Numbered from the stretch's first letter, positions 37,027 to 48,048 are shown. The stretch is 64,000 nt of DNA from Candidatus Omnitrophota bacterium (GCA_963662715.1 OY759724.1:2074662-2138661); one strand, 5' to 3'. Numbers and translations are program-made. The notes: generated by a model not told the origin, from the sequence alone.

Positions 37027-40000
37027 GTGTTTTTTAAAAGATTAGAAATCTTTGGATTTAAATCTTTTGCGGATAAAACTGTGATGAATTTCGGCCCAGG
37101 CGTTACGGCGATTGTCGGGCCTAACGGTTGCGGTAAAAGCAATGTTTTTGATGCTATCCGCTGGGTGTTAGGGGAGCAGAGCGTTAAGGAACTGCGTGGC
37201 TCGGCCATGGAGGATGTCATCTTTAATGGCACGGAGAAGAAACCTTCTTTAGGTTTTGCCGAAGTGAGCCTTACTTTTTCCAATGAGTCGCGTGCTTTAC
37301 CCGTTGATTATAACGAAGTAACCGTAACGAGACGCCTGTTCCGTTCGGGGGAAAGTGAGTATCTGCTGAATAAGACGACAGTCCGGTTGAAAGATATCGC
37401 TGAGCTTTTTATGGGGACGGGTATTGGCGCAGAAGCCTATTCTCTTGTTCAGCAGGGAAAAGTTGATTTGGTCGTCAGCGCTAAACCGGAAGACCGGAGA
37501 ATTATTCTGGATGAGGCTTCGGGGATAACAAAGTACAAATCGAAGCGGAAAGAAGCTTTGAATAAACTGCGAGACACAGAGAACAACCTGCTGCGGATTA
37601 ATGATATTATCGTTGAAGTCAAAAGACAGATCGCTTCGCTGGAAAGACAGGCGAATAAAGCCCGGCGTTATAGAGAAGAATTTGAGAAGTTGAAGGACCT
37701 GGAAGTCCAATACGCGGGGATGGAACTCAATGAGTTTTCCGAGCAAAGCCAGCGTCTCCGGCAGCATATTGCGGAAATGAAAGACCGGGAGAACCAGGAA
37801 ATCGAAGCCCTGAAAGAGCTTAATGAACTTTTAGGCCATGAAACGAGTTTTATGGAGGAGCTGGACGAAAAGATCAGCGAAATGACCGGGCAGGCGATAA
37901 AAGTGGAAGGTCAGGTTGACCTCCATCAGAGGCAAATTGAATTTAACGAAGAAAGAATTGAAAATGCCTTGTCTCAACAAAAGCGAATTGCTGAACATAA
38001 GGGGCAGATCCGGGAACGGTGCCGGCTGCAGGAAGAAAAGCTGGAAGAACTCCGTGTCTCATTGTCTCAATCGGAACACGTGATTGAAGGGAAGACCGGG
38101 CAGCTTGAAGAGAAAAGGAGTTCTCTTAACACGATCGTTGAAGGAATTGCCACGGCGCGTTTGAATATCCGGGATGAGGAGGAAAAAATATTAACGATTA
38201 CCGCTAATCAGGTTCAGGTGCGCAACAGGTTGACGGAGGTCATGAAAGAGGTCCAGGGCAGTTTGGCCAGAAAGAGACGGCTGGAAATAGAGAATGTCAA
38301 AGTGGCCCAGGAAAAAGAAGTGGTCGATCATAGATATGCCGATATCTGCCAGAAAACCCAAACAGCGAAACAGACCATTCAGGATCTGCGGGGCCAGAGG
38401 GAAACCCAGGTCACTCAATTGAAGGCTCTGCAGAGAGAGATGGATGCCCTAAAACAATGCATTGACGATCTTGAAAAAAAGAAACTGTTTTTAAAGTCAC
38501 AAAAAGAATTTATTGAGAAATTGCGTGTCCAATATCAAGATATCCCCGATCCGATTGTCTCCGGCCGTTTTGTGACGACGACATCCCCTTCGCAACATCA
38601 TACCGGTATTATCGGTAAGGTCCGGGAGGTTGTTCCTCTTCAGGGGGAGCGTTTGGCCCAGATGCAGGCCTACTTGGGAGAGCAGGGGGATCAGTGTTTT
38701 GAGATCATCTGTGAAACAAAGTTTATTGAGTTAGACCCGCAACATATCTCGGTGAAGATCGATGAGTTGAGCCAGGACATTTCGGACCGTATGGTAACGA
38801 AGAGCCACTTGGAGAATGATATCAGGGGTTTGTCGGATCTGGTGGAACAACTTGAAGAAAAAATCCAGGAACAGGAGAAAGTCCTTTCCATTTTTGAGGC
38901 CCAAAAGGATGATGTGATCAAGGAAACGGACAAATTGAACGATGAATTGGATCTTGTGAAATTGGAGCTGGAAGAAGTCACGGGGATGTTGTCCTCTTTA
39001 AAGAAATCCGAGGAAGAATTAACCATTAATCTGGATTCCTTGTCTCAAGAGCTGGCTTTTTGTCAGGTCCGGATTCAGGAAGGGCAGAAACTGGTTGCTG
39101 ACAATTCCCAGCAGAGAGAAGAAACAACCATCCTGATTGCTCAGATAGAGTCGGAAATCCGTTCGGAACAGGAAAAAAGAAACAGCTATAGTGAGAATTT
39201 AAAGCTTTATCAGGAAACCTTGGAAGGCAGCATCAAGGAAATAGAACAGCTGGATCAAGAGGAGGCTGAAGAGCAGTTGAAACACCAGCAGTTCGAGCAG
39301 GAAATTGTGTCCTTGCTGGCGAAGATAGAAGATGTTAAAAAACAGAAAAGCTCTTTGCAGAACGTGTTGAGAGATTATGAGAAGCAAAAGGATGAGGTTG
39401 TCAGCCGCATCAACAGTGTGCGGGCGAACATCTCTTCCAACAACTCAGATCTGGAGGAAATCAGAAGTCTTGTCCACCAGGACCAGTTTAATGATCAGGA
39501 AATTTCGTTTCACATCAAAGAGATCAAAGACCGTCTGCAGCAGGCCTACCGGATCGATTTTGACGAGTATGTCCGTCAGAGGAACGAACAGGTCCCGGCC
39601 GGGGCCGAGGTTCCTGAGGCGTCTGCTCCGAAGGAGCTTCCCGATATTGATGAGTTGAAAGAAACGATCAACCGCCTGCGCAAGCGTTGCGATGCCTTTG
39701 GGTCCGTAAACTTAGTGGCCATTGAAGAGTTTGAGGAGCTAAAGCAGCGTTTTGAATTCCTGACCAGTCAGCAGAGCGATTTGATTTCAGCGAAACATTC
39801 CTGCAGCAAACGATCGTCAAGATTAACCGCCAAACACGGCAAATGTTTATGGATACGTTTACCAAGGTGAGTGAAGAGTTCCGTATCTATTTCAGAATGC
39901 TTTTCGGCGGAGGAGAAGCCCAGCTCGTTTTGATGGATCCCGACAATGTCCTTGAGACAGGGATTGAAATTATCGCGAGGCCTCCTGGCAAAAAACTGCA

Positions 40001-40340
40001 GAATATCAGCCTGCTTTCCGGAGGGGAAAAGACCCTGACGGCGATCGCTCTCATTTTCGGCGTTTTCAAGGTGAATCCCAGCCCGTTTTGTGTCCTCGAT
40101 GAAATTGACGCTGCCCTGGATGAATCAAACGTGGGACGGTTCAGTTATCTTCTTAAGGACTTTGCCGAAATTGCCCAGTTTATTGTTATAACTCATAACA
40201 AGAAGACCATCGCTTCTGCAAAAGTCATGTACGGGATTACGATGCAGGAGACAGGGGTCTCTAAAATCGTGTCGGTGAAGTTCGCGGAGAAAGACGAGAC
40301 AAAGACGGAGAATCTTCAGGCCGTTACCGCCAGTGTATGA
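37027..40340 (+). pseudogene. smc: Chromosome segregation protein SMC, interrupted by a single-nucleotide frameshift near 39793-39800 (true pseudogene or sequence error)
   Basis: N-terminal head FGFKSFADKT...IVGPNGCGKSN. C-terminal head [14 protein letters not shown]...[13 protein letters not shown] is in a different frame (ORFs 37027-39870 and 39843-40340). The second frame is open from 39756 and reads ...[23 protein letters not shown] start preceded by GAGAGGAG. Confidence 0.85.
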
Positions 40341-40368
40341 TTCTTACCCTCCCGGGGCACGGGGATTT

Positions 40369-41567
40369 TTAATATTTTTCTTCTCTAAAATGATTGGCAA
40401 AGCAGGTTTTGTTTTTGCCGCTGAATTTTGCGATATACATGGCTTTATCCGCCATGGCGATTAAATCTTCTTTGTTCATCGCGTCATCAGGGTAATTGGC
40501 CAGCCCAAGGCTGATTGTCATGTGAAGAGACTGGCCTTCCGAAGGCTCGGGAAAAGAATATTCCTCAATACGCTTGCGTAATCTCTCGGCGATATCCCAT
40601 CCTTGATCGAGATTGGCTCCCGATAAGATAATCGCAAATTCCTCCCCTCCGTAACGGCAGACAAAGTCAATATCCCGGGAGGAGTTGGTGAGTATCTGGG
40701 CCATGTTTTTCAGGAGCTGGTCTCCATGCTGATGCCCGTAGGTGTCGTTGATTTTTTTAAAGTCGTCAATATCAATCATAACCAGGCTTAACGGCTGTTT
40801 CAGCAGGATAGCCTGGTTAAGTTCTTCCGTCAGTTTTTCTTGAAAGAAACGGTGATTCCAGAGACCGGTGATTGGGTCGGTCAGGCTTTGCAGAACAACC
40901 ATTTCGTATAAATGGGAGTTTTCGATGGCAAGCCCGGCTTGGTTGGCCAGCATGGTAAAAATTTTTATGTCATCCTGACTGATAGGCTTTTGGGTGTAAA
41001 TATTGTCGGCGATAATGAGTCCGTTAACCTCGTCTTTGGCTTTAAGGGGCATGATGAGCAGTTCATTCGTGTAGAATATTTTTAGAAGAGGATCATCTTT
41101 ATATTCCGATATGGCATAAGGAAGCAGATGCCAGGGGGTCCCTCTGAAGTAGGCTTGGGAAAGGAGAAAAGGGCTGACGGGGTCCAGAGGAAAGCGAAGG
41201 TCTTTCACCGATTTAAAAAGGCTTGCCTGGTCGATAGTGTTGTAAACTTTATCGGCTTGAATGAGGTCGTTAAGATCCTGGTTGCAGTTTTCGATGTATT
41301 CCAGACTTTATTGGCATGTTCTCCCGATTCCGGGCCTATGGCCATTTTGCATTCCAGGACTTTTTTCTGTGAGTTGACAAGAAAGAGAATCGCCCGGTTG
41401 TACCCGAGCCCGGTGTGGGAGGTGACTCCTGTCAGGATAATATAGAGGATATGATTCAGTTCAAGGGTCGTCCTCATGGCGCAGCTTACTTCGTAGAGGA
41501 CGTTGAGCTCCCGGTTCGCTTGTTTGATGCGGTTTTCGGTCATGTCTCTTGTTGTGATTTCAGTCAT
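40369..41567 (-). pseudogene. GAF-domain diguanylate cyclase (GGDEF), interrupted by a frameshift inside the GAF domain (true pseudogene or sequence error)
   Basis: The downstream ORF has the GGDEF domain (DPITGLWNHRFF, IDIDDFKKINDTYGH, RYGGEEFAI) and the C-terminal half of a GAF domain. The upstream ORF 41205-41567 has the N-terminal GAF half. The alternative frame is open from about 41310 and reads SLEYIENCNQDLNDLIQADKVYNTIDQASLFKSVKDLRF. Confidence 0.8.
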
Positions 41568-41745
41568 TTATTCTTAATATTATTGAAAAATTTCCCTAAG
41601 TCTTCTTGGATTGCAAGATAGCATTTTCCCTGATCTTTGTCAAGATGAGAAATGTTTGATCTTTGGGGGCGGTAATCACTTTAATATATTGATATATAAA
41701 GATTTAAGAATTTAATATAATAGAAAAAATCTGGGAAGCGCTTTC

Positions 41746-41774
41746 TTGACACTCATTATAGCATATGTTATACT
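41746..41774 (+). promoter_or_regulatory. Near-consensus sigma-70-type promoter for the CvpA-like gene
   Basis: TTGACA (41746-41751), a 17-nt spacer, then TATACT (41769-41774). The track's TTG start at 41746 coincides with the -35 box, so it is probably not a start codon. Confidence 0.55.
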
Positions 41775-41790
41775 TGGACAGTTTAACTTA

Positions 41791-42375
41791 ATGTTTTTCA
41801 ACATGATAAGAGAAATTCTTACAATTGTAAACATCGTTGACGTTGTCGTATTTTTCATCTTCATAAGAAGCGCCTATATTGGCTTTACCCAAGGACTTAT
41901 CGTGGAGCTTTTTAAGATGATGGGGATACTTTTTGCGACATTCTTTACATTGCATTATTTTATTATTTTGACTTCTTACTTAGGCGGGGTTCTTCCTTTG
42001 CCGATGGATATGATCGTCGTTGTGGCCTATATTATGATATGGGTGATTATGGTCGCTTTATTTGCTGTCGTCCGGCAGGGGTGGATGCTGGGTTTTCCAC
42101 CCATTGAAAAAACGTTTATATACAAGATATTGGGAGGGGTTTTGGGGACGATTCGGGCCATGTTCGTCAGCGGTTTGTTGTTTCTAGTGATATTTATTTC
42201 ATCAAGCGCAATTTTAGTTCAATCGGCTCGCTCCTCCTTTGCAGGCTTTTACCTTAAAAGTATTTCAGTAGATTTTTATAAATCCTGTTATATGAATTTC
42301 ATTGTAAGAGTCTTCCCCAAAGAACCCATGAATGATAAGATATTTGAATTTTTCCCGGAAGAACTCAAAAGGTAA
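41791..42375 (+). CDS. CvpA-family integral membrane protein (colicin V production protein-like)
   Basis: Four or five TM segments, with N-terminal IVDVVVFFIFIRSAYIGFTQGLIVELFKMMG typical of CvpA. The start is ATG 41791 or 41803; no clear RBS. Confidence 0.6.
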   Translation: MFFNMIREILTIVNIVDVVVFFIFIRSAYIGFTQGLIVELFKMMGILFATFFTLHYFIILTSYLGGVLPLPMDMIVVVAYIMIWVIMVALFAVVRQGWMLGFPPIEKTFIYKILGGVLGTIRAMFVSGLLFLVIFISSSAILVQSARSSFAGFYLKSISVDFYKSCYMNFIVRVFPKEPMNDKIFEFFPEELKR

Positions 42376-42431
42376 CTGAGTTTGCTCCGCGGCTTTTTGA
42401 ACCTTTCGATTGGCTCAGAAAAGGACATCCA

Positions 42432-43400
42432 TTGAAGCTGAGGGATATTTTTGATTTACTTGTTCGAGAAGGTGTTCAGGCGGATTTAAGGCCTCTTAAG
42501 CAAATTCAAGGGCAACAGCGGCGGCTTAAAAAAGAATATCAGTTGTTGCCGGAAAAAAAACGTAAGTTCTTTGACAAAGAACGCTTGTCTAATCCTTATT
42601 CAGATTCCCGGGTTTTATCCGGGGACCCCGATCTGGATGTGACACAAATTTTGGTGGGTATTGATATCGGCGTCGGGGAACTTCTCGTGGCCAATCAGTT
42701 GCGACAGTCCGGAATAGCTGTTGACGCGGTCTTAAGTCATCATCCTCTGGGGAAAGCTTTGGCCGGCTTGACGGATGTGATGGGGATTCAGACGGACATT
42801 TTGATAAAACAGGGGGTGAAGGATGCCGCGGCCAAAGGCTTGATGGAAAGGCGGATAGGGGAGGTTGCCCGTCGGTTGCATGGCCAGAATCATGAGCAGG
42901 TCGTTGATGCCGCCCGCTTGCTGGGTATCCCGCTGCTGTGCTGTCATACCCCGGCCGATAATCATGTCGCGAGCTATTTGCAGACCCTGATGGAACGGCG
43001 GCATCCCAAAAAACTGGAGGACGTCGTAGAGCTCCTTTTGAAAGAGCCGGAATATCAGGAAGCCGCCTTAAGAGGGGCCGGCCCGCATATTTTGGCCGGG
43101 GAGCCGGACGATAAAGCCGGACGTATTCTGGTTGATATGACAGGAGGGGCGGAAGGTTCCAAAGAGACTTTTGCCCGGCTATCTCAGCTCGGGATTAATA
43201 CCTTGTTGATCATGCATTATTCAGAAGGGCATTATCAAAAGGTTAAAAACGAATATTTAAATGTGGTTAACGCTGGTCATATTGCCAGCGATACTTTGGG
43301 GATAAATTTAATTTTAGATAAGTTGGAACGACAGGCACAATTGCAAGTTTTGGAATGTTCCGGATTCAGGAGATTTAAACGTTATGGGACTCATCCCTGA
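42432..43400 (+). CDS. NIF3-family (YqfO/YbgI, DUF34) dinuclear-metal-centre protein
   Basis: His-rich metal motifs LSHHPL and CCHTPADNH, with a PII-like insert region. TTG start. Confidence 0.7.
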   Translation: MKLRDIFDLLVREGVQADLRPLKQIQGQQRRLKKEYQLLPEKKRKFFDKERLSNPYSDSRVLSGDPDLDVTQILVGIDIGVGELLVANQLRQSGIAVDAVLSHHPLGKALAGLTDVMGIQTDILIKQGVKDAAAKGLMERRIGEVARRLHGQNHEQVVDAARLLGIPLLCCHTPADNHVASYLQTLMERRHPKKLEDVVELLLKEPEYQEAALRGAGPHILAGEPDDKAGRILVDMTGGAEGSKETFARLSQLGINTLLIMHYSEGHYQKVKNEYLNVVNAGHIASDTLGINLILDKLERQAQLQVLECSGFRRFKRYGTHP

Positions 43401-45165
43401 AGATACCGTCCGCCAGATCCTCGATCGGGTGGATATCGTTGATGTGATTTCTTCATGGCTCCCTTTGAAACGGGCCGGACGGAACTATAAAGCTCCGTGC
43501 CCTTTTCACCAGGAAAAGACTCCGTCTTTTGTCGTTAATCCTGATAAGCAGATTTTTCATTGCTTCGGTTGCGGAATCGGGGGGAATGTGGTTTCTTTTG
43601 TGATGCAGCAGGAGCAGATAAGTTTTCCGGAAGCCATGAGACTCCTGGCGGACCGATGCGGTGTGGTCATCCCTCAGACGGATTCCCATCGCTCGCAGAA
43701 AGATAAACAGAGGGAACAGATTCTTGAGGCCACGCAGTTGGCGTGTCAGTTTTATCATCGGCAGTTGCTGTCTTCCCGAAGTGAAGGGGCTCGGGAGGCG
43801 CGTAGCTATTTGAAGGAGCGCGGCATTCATCTTGAGCCGGTCCAGGAATATCAATTGGGCTATGCGCCGGATCAATGGGAGTCTTTATTGATCTTTCTAA
43901 GAGACAAAGGTGTTCCGCCGGATATCATGGATAAAGCCGGTCTGATTATCCCTCGGCAGAAGCAGCCAGGATATTATGATAGATTTCGTAACCGGATTAT
44001 CTTTCCGATCCTGGACAGACGAGGCCGCTGTCTGGCTTTTGGCGCACGCTCCCTGGAGAAGGACAACCCGGCGAAATATATCAATTCCCCGGAGACCGTG
44101 CTTTATACGAAAGGTCACCACCTGTACGGACTGAACTGGGCCAAAGACGCTATCGTTCAGGAAGACCAGGCCATCGTCGTTGAAGGATATATCGATTTTA
44201 TTACCCCATTTCATGCCGGTATAAAAAATATCGTCGCTTCATTGGGAACCGCTTTGACCGTGGAGCAGATCCGGATTTTGAGCCGGTATACTCACAATGT
44301 GTTCATGCTGTTTGACTCGGACGAGGCCGGAGAACAGGCGATGATGCGGAGCCTGGATTTGCTGGTTGAAGAGGGGTTTAACGTCCGCATCGCAACCCTG
44401 GCGGTTGGGGAGGACCCGGATTCTTTTATCCGGAAACATTCCGTCCGCGATTTTAAAGACCGTTTGGCGCAGGCCGAGACATTTTTTGATTTTAAATTGC
44501 GTGTTCTTTTATCGCGACATAATTCCCAAACGATTGAAGGGCGGGCCCAAATTTCTTCGGACATGTTGCAAACTGTGGCTAAGTTCCCGAATGCTGTCAT
44601 TCGGGCGGAATATGTGAAGCGTTTAGCCGGTGCTCTTTGTTTGTCTGAGGAGGCTTTGGCTTTTGAGTTTAAGAGAATCCTGGCCAGCCACGGCCAGCAG
44701 CAAAAGGCATCAGCGCCTTCCCCGGCGGGAGGGGTTGAAACGGCTTTTCCTGTCCGTCCTGTCGAACGGGATATGCTCCGTTTGCTGCTTAATGAACAGA
44801 GTTTCGTCCCGCTAACGAAGGAGTTGTTGTCCCTTTCTGATTTTCATAACGAAGACGTACGGTCTGTTATGGCGAAAGTTTTTGAGTTGTACGAGGAAAG
44901 ACAAGAAGTTCATTTGTCTGACTTAATGTGTTGTTTCGAGGATCAAAAGATTTTGCAAATGATATCTCATCTGGTTGCCGATGAGGAGTTTGTTGTTGGC
45001 GATAAGCAGCGTTTCCATAAAGATTGCTTGCATCGTTTGCGTCAGGACCGGCTGAAAATGATTCGACAAGATATTTTGCGGCAGATGCGACAGGCTGATC
45101 AGCAGGGAGATGCAGAGAAGCTGGAGGAATTAATGCTGGAGTTTAATCGAATTGTAAAAAATTAA
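43384..45165 (+). CDS. dnaG: DNA primase
   Basis: Zinc finger CPFHQEKTPSFVVNPDKQIFHCFGCGIGGN and TOPRIM region VVEGYIDFI...LFDSDEAG. Confidence 0.95.
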   Translation: MGLIPEDTVRQILDRVDIVDVISSWLPLKRAGRNYKAPCPFHQEKTPSFVVNPDKQIFHCFGCGIGGNVVSFVMQQEQISFPEAMRLLADRCGVVIPQTDSHRSQKDKQREQILEATQLACQFYHRQLLSSRSEGAREARSYLKERGIHLEPVQEYQLGYAPDQWESLLIFLRDKGVPPDIMDKAGLIIPRQKQPGYYDRFRNRIIFPILDRRGRCLAFGARSLEKDNPAKYINSPETVLYTKGHHLYGLNWAKDAIVQEDQAIVVEGYIDFITPFHAGIKNIVASLGTALTVEQIRILSRYTHNVFMLFDSDEAGEQAMMRSLDLLVEEGFNVRIATLAVGEDPDSFIRKHSVRDFKDRLAQAETFFDFKLRVLLSRHNSQTIEGRAQISSDMLQTVAKFPNAVIRAEYVKRLAGALCLSEEALAFEFKRILASHGQQQKASAPSPAGGVETAFPVRPVERDMLRLLLNEQSFVPLTKELLSLSDFHNEDVRSVMAKVFELYEERQEVHLSDLMCCFEDQKILQMISHLVADEEFVVGDKQRFHKDCLHRLRQDRLKMIRQDILRQMRQADQQGDAEKLEELMLEFNRIVKN

Positions 45166-45177
45166 TGAGGTAAATGA

Positions 45178-46758
45178 ATGGATAAAAAGGATTTAAAAGT
45201 TGATTTGGAAAAACTGATTGCTTTGGGGAAAAAGAAGGGATTCCTGACCTATGACGAGGTCAATTCCACATTATCCGAAAACGTTGATTCCTCCGAAGAC
45301 ATCGATCATGTTTTTGAGATCTTAGACGGGAAGAATATTAAAGTCCTGGAATCGGACGATGACTTTGTCCCCCCGGAAGACGAAGAGGGCGAAACCCGCG
45401 AACAACAACTGAGACGTTTGCGTGAGGAGCAAAACCGGGATGACGATTATGCGGATAAGTTTATCCCCCTGGACGACCCTGTCAAAATGTATCTCAAACA
45501 GATGGGGTCTATCCCTCTGTTAATGCGCGACGAAGAGATTAACCTTGCAAAACGCATTGAGGAAACAGAGCATCGGTTAGCCGAGGCCCTTTTTGTGACC
45601 GCTTTTGCCCGGAAGGAAGCCCTGGATGTCGTGGGCAAGGTCCTTAAAGAGGAGATCAATGTCGAAGATGTCATTAAGGATGAGCTGGAAAGACGTCCGA
45701 AGCTTATCCGTGATCTCAAGAGAATCATGAAGAAGGTGAAGTACTCCCGGATAGGCACCGAGCAGTCGGCCAAGGCGCTGGCGGAATTTAAGTTAACGGC
45801 CTCCTTTAATGAAGATACGATCAATAAGATTGTTGAGATCGTGGAGAGTATTGCCAAGATTGAGAAGGCCCTGAAAGGGAAAAGAAAAAGCGCGAGCGTT
45901 CAGGAATTGAAAGCTCGCAAGAAAAAATTGGAAAAAGAACTGGGCGAGCCGGTCGGCAAGGTTAAAGACCAGTTGAGAGTTATTAAAATCCGGCAGTCAA
46001 AATTCAACAAAGCCAAAAAATTGCTGGTGGAAGCGAATCTGCGGCTGGTTGTCAGTATCGCGAAGAAATACATTAATCGGGGGCTTTCTTTTCTCGACCT
46101 GATACAGGAAGGAAACATGGGGCTGATTCGGGCTGTTGAAAAGTTTGAGTATAAACGGGGATACAAGTTTTCCACCTACGCCACCTGGTGGATTCGTCAG
46201 GCCATTACCAGGTCTATTGCTGATCAGGCCAGAACGATTCGCATCCCGGTGCATATGACGGAAACGATCAATAAAATCATTCGTGTTTCCCGGTTGTTTG
46301 TCCAGGAATACGGCCGTGAGCCGACCGCCCAGGAAATTGCCAAGCAGATGCGTATCCCGGTCAGCAAAGTTAAAGAGATACTGAAAATTTCTCAAGTGCC
46401 CATTTCTCTGCAGACACCCATTGGGGATGAAGGGGATACGAATTTCGGTGATTTTATCGAGGACAAGAAGGCTGTCTCCCCGGCGAATGCAACGCTGCAC
46501 TCCATGCTGAAGGAGGAAATCACGTCTGTTTTGCAAACCCTGGACGAAAGAGAACGCAAAATCCTGGAGCTGCGCTTTGGGATTCATGACGGTACGAGCC
46601 GGACGCTGGAAGAAGTCGGTACGGAATTTAATGTCACGAGGGAAAGGGTCCGGCAAATAGAATCTAAAGCATTGAGAAAATTGCGACATCCCACAAGATC
46701 CCGGAGGATAAAGACTTTTCTTGATATTTCTGCCAAGGAGGCTGAAGGTATCATTTAA
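45178..46758 (+). CDS. rpoD: Primary RNA polymerase sigma factor (sigma-70/RpoD)
   Basis: Region 1.1 [12 protein letters not shown], region 2 [37 protein letters not shown], and region 4 [20 protein letters not shown]. Confidence 0.95.
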   Translation: MDKKDLKVDLEKLIALGKKKGFLTYDEVNSTLSENVDSSEDIDHVFEILDGKNIKVLESDDDFVPPEDEEGETREQQLRRLREEQNRDDDYADKFIPLDDPVKMYLKQMGSIPLLMRDEEINLAKRIEETEHRLAEALFVTAFARKEALDVVGKVLKEEINVEDVIKDELERRPKLIRDLKRIMKKVKYSRIGTEQSAKALAEFKLTASFNEDTINKIVEIVESIAKIEKALKGKRKSASVQELKARKKKLEKELGEPVGKVKDQLRVIKIRQSKFNKAKKLLVEANLRLVVSIAKKYINRGLSFLDLIQEGNMGLIRAVEKFEYKRGYKFSTYATWWIRQAITRSIADQARTIRIPVHMTETINKIIRVSRLFVQEYGREPTAQEIAKQMRIPVSKVKEILKISQVPISLQTPIGDEGDTNFGDFIEDKKAVSPANATLHSMLKEEITSVLQTLDERERKILELRFGIHDGTSRTLEEVGTEFNVTRERVRQIESKALRKLRHPTRSRRIKTFLDISAKEAEGII

Positions 46759-46958
46759 AATGATTTTGAATGATGGTTAAGGCCTGCGAGACAGCTTTTT
46801 CTTGTGGGCTTTTTCTCTGTCTGGGGCAACCGTTGTTGGAGGCTGAAGGCGGCTCGTTGCAAAGGCCCGGAGGCCCGCTTTCCGGTTCTCCTCTTTAGAT
46901 GTTGCGCGATTTGTGCTATACTTTCTTTATAATTGCGTAAACTATCAGAATTAATATT

Positions 46959-47876
46959 ATGAAAAAAATTATTATATTTATATTTGTTCTTCTGTTTGTT
47001 GGCCCGCAGTTTTCTTATGCCAAGTCCAGGAAATTGGATGACCAGACGAAAGACCTTTGTAACCAGGTGATGGTGGAGATCTTCAAGGAAATTTATTCCC
47101 TGAAGAACAAACATAAGGAACTGTCCCAGTTCGACAAGAAGGTCCTGCTTAAAAATAAATTAGGTATTTATACCATTGTTTACAAATATAAAGAGGAGCT
47201 GGAATATCCTGACGGGACGATTGAGGTGAAAGTCCCTTATTCTTTTGCCGTGACGATCGACCGTTTAAAGGACGAGACATTCCCGCAAAGGGACGGTTCT
47301 TTTGCCTACAGTTTTCCGGCTTTGAGTCTGAAATTCGCCGGATATCAAAATAAACGTTTGTTAAGGACGCAGTTCAACCTCCTGCCGGTTTTAGGGAAAC
47401 ACGGCAAAGTGCTTAACGACTATCAGCAGCAATTTCTCCCGGTCAGACTGTTCATCAGGACCTCCAAGCAGGAGTACAAGGTCGATGAAACGGTTGACTT
47501 TGCCGTTTTGTTAACGAATGTCAGCAAAGCCAATCTTATCATGAAAAAATTGGATTCGGAAACCCTTCATTTCTCTGTTAACGGTCGTATTTGGGGGGTG
47601 TTCCTTGAAGCGCAGAATAAAAAGACCCCCACTGATCGTGCGGAAGCCGTCAGGCAGCAGCTTGAAGCGAAAAGAGCTGCCCGCAGGAAACAGGCTGAAG
47701 CTAAAAAGGATCCGAACCAGGTCAGTGGTTTGCTGGAATCCGGCGAAGCTTTTATTATTAACCTTCAGGGGACGACGTTTTCTGAACCTCAGGAGGTTGT
47801 TGTGGAAGCCGTGTACCAAATTCCCATCAGAGGCGTATATCCATCTGCCACTTTTAAATTTAAAGTCGTTGAGTAG
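46959..47876 (+). CDS. Secreted hypothetical protein
   Basis: Signal peptide MKKIIIFIFVLLFVGPQFSYA. No recognisable catalytic motif. A Lys/Ala/Arg/Gln-rich segment (AEAVRQQLEAKRAARRKQAEAKKD) lies near the C-terminus. Confidence 0.6.
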   Translation: MKKIIIFIFVLLFVGPQFSYAKSRKLDDQTKDLCNQVMVEIFKEIYSLKNKHKELSQFDKKVLLKNKLGIYTIVYKYKEELEYPDGTIEVKVPYSFAVTIDRLKDETFPQRDGSFAYSFPALSLKFAGYQNKRLLRTQFNLLPVLGKHGKVLNDYQQQFLPVRLFIRTSKQEYKVDETVDFAVLLTNVSKANLIMKKLDSETLHFSVNGRIWGVFLEAQNKKTPTDRAEAVRQQLEAKRAARRKQAEAKKDPNQVSGLLESGEAFIINLQGTTFSEPQEVVVEAVYQIPIRGVYPSATFKFKVVE

Positions 47877-47976
47877 TCGCTTCGTTTTTTTTCCATTCAG
47901 ATTCCTCTTGTTTTTCATGCTTAAGAGGCTTTTTCTGGAAATGATATAACCTGGCGAGTTTCATGCGTTTATTTTA

Positions 47977-48005
47977 TTGAAAAACCATGTTCGTTATGTT
48001 ATGCT
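47977..48005 (+). promoter_or_regulatory. Candidate promoter for the tRNA pair
   Basis: TTGAAA (47977-47982), a 17-nt spacer, then TATGCT (48000-48005), about 45 nt upstream of the first tRNA. Confidence 0.45.
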
Positions 48006-48048
48006 GAATAGCAAATTTTGGGATTAAAAGAGGATTTTTGTTTGTCCC

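Noticed and set aside
39756-39870. Programmed ribosomal frameshifting in smc
   Set aside because: There is no slippery heptamer (X XXY YYZ) and no obvious downstream stimulatory structure at the junction. An indel is the simpler explanation.
39843-40340. 165-aa ORF as a stand-alone small ABC-like ATPase
   Set aside because: It is the C-terminal head of SMC (signature LSGGEK plus Walker B). It continues the SMC reading frame once the frameshift is taken into account.
40341-40368. Bidirectional terminator between the convergent smc and GGDEF genes
   Set aside because: Only a 4-5 bp GC stem (cccg/cggg) with a short T-run could be drawn, which is too weak to call.
41128-41445. 105-aa + strand ORF
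   Set aside because: It is antisense to the frameshift region of the GAF-GGDEF gene, and its sequence is not protein-like.
45997-46689. 230-aa minus-strand ORF
   Set aside because: It is antisense to the most conserved part of rpoD (regions 2-4), so it is a shadow ORF.
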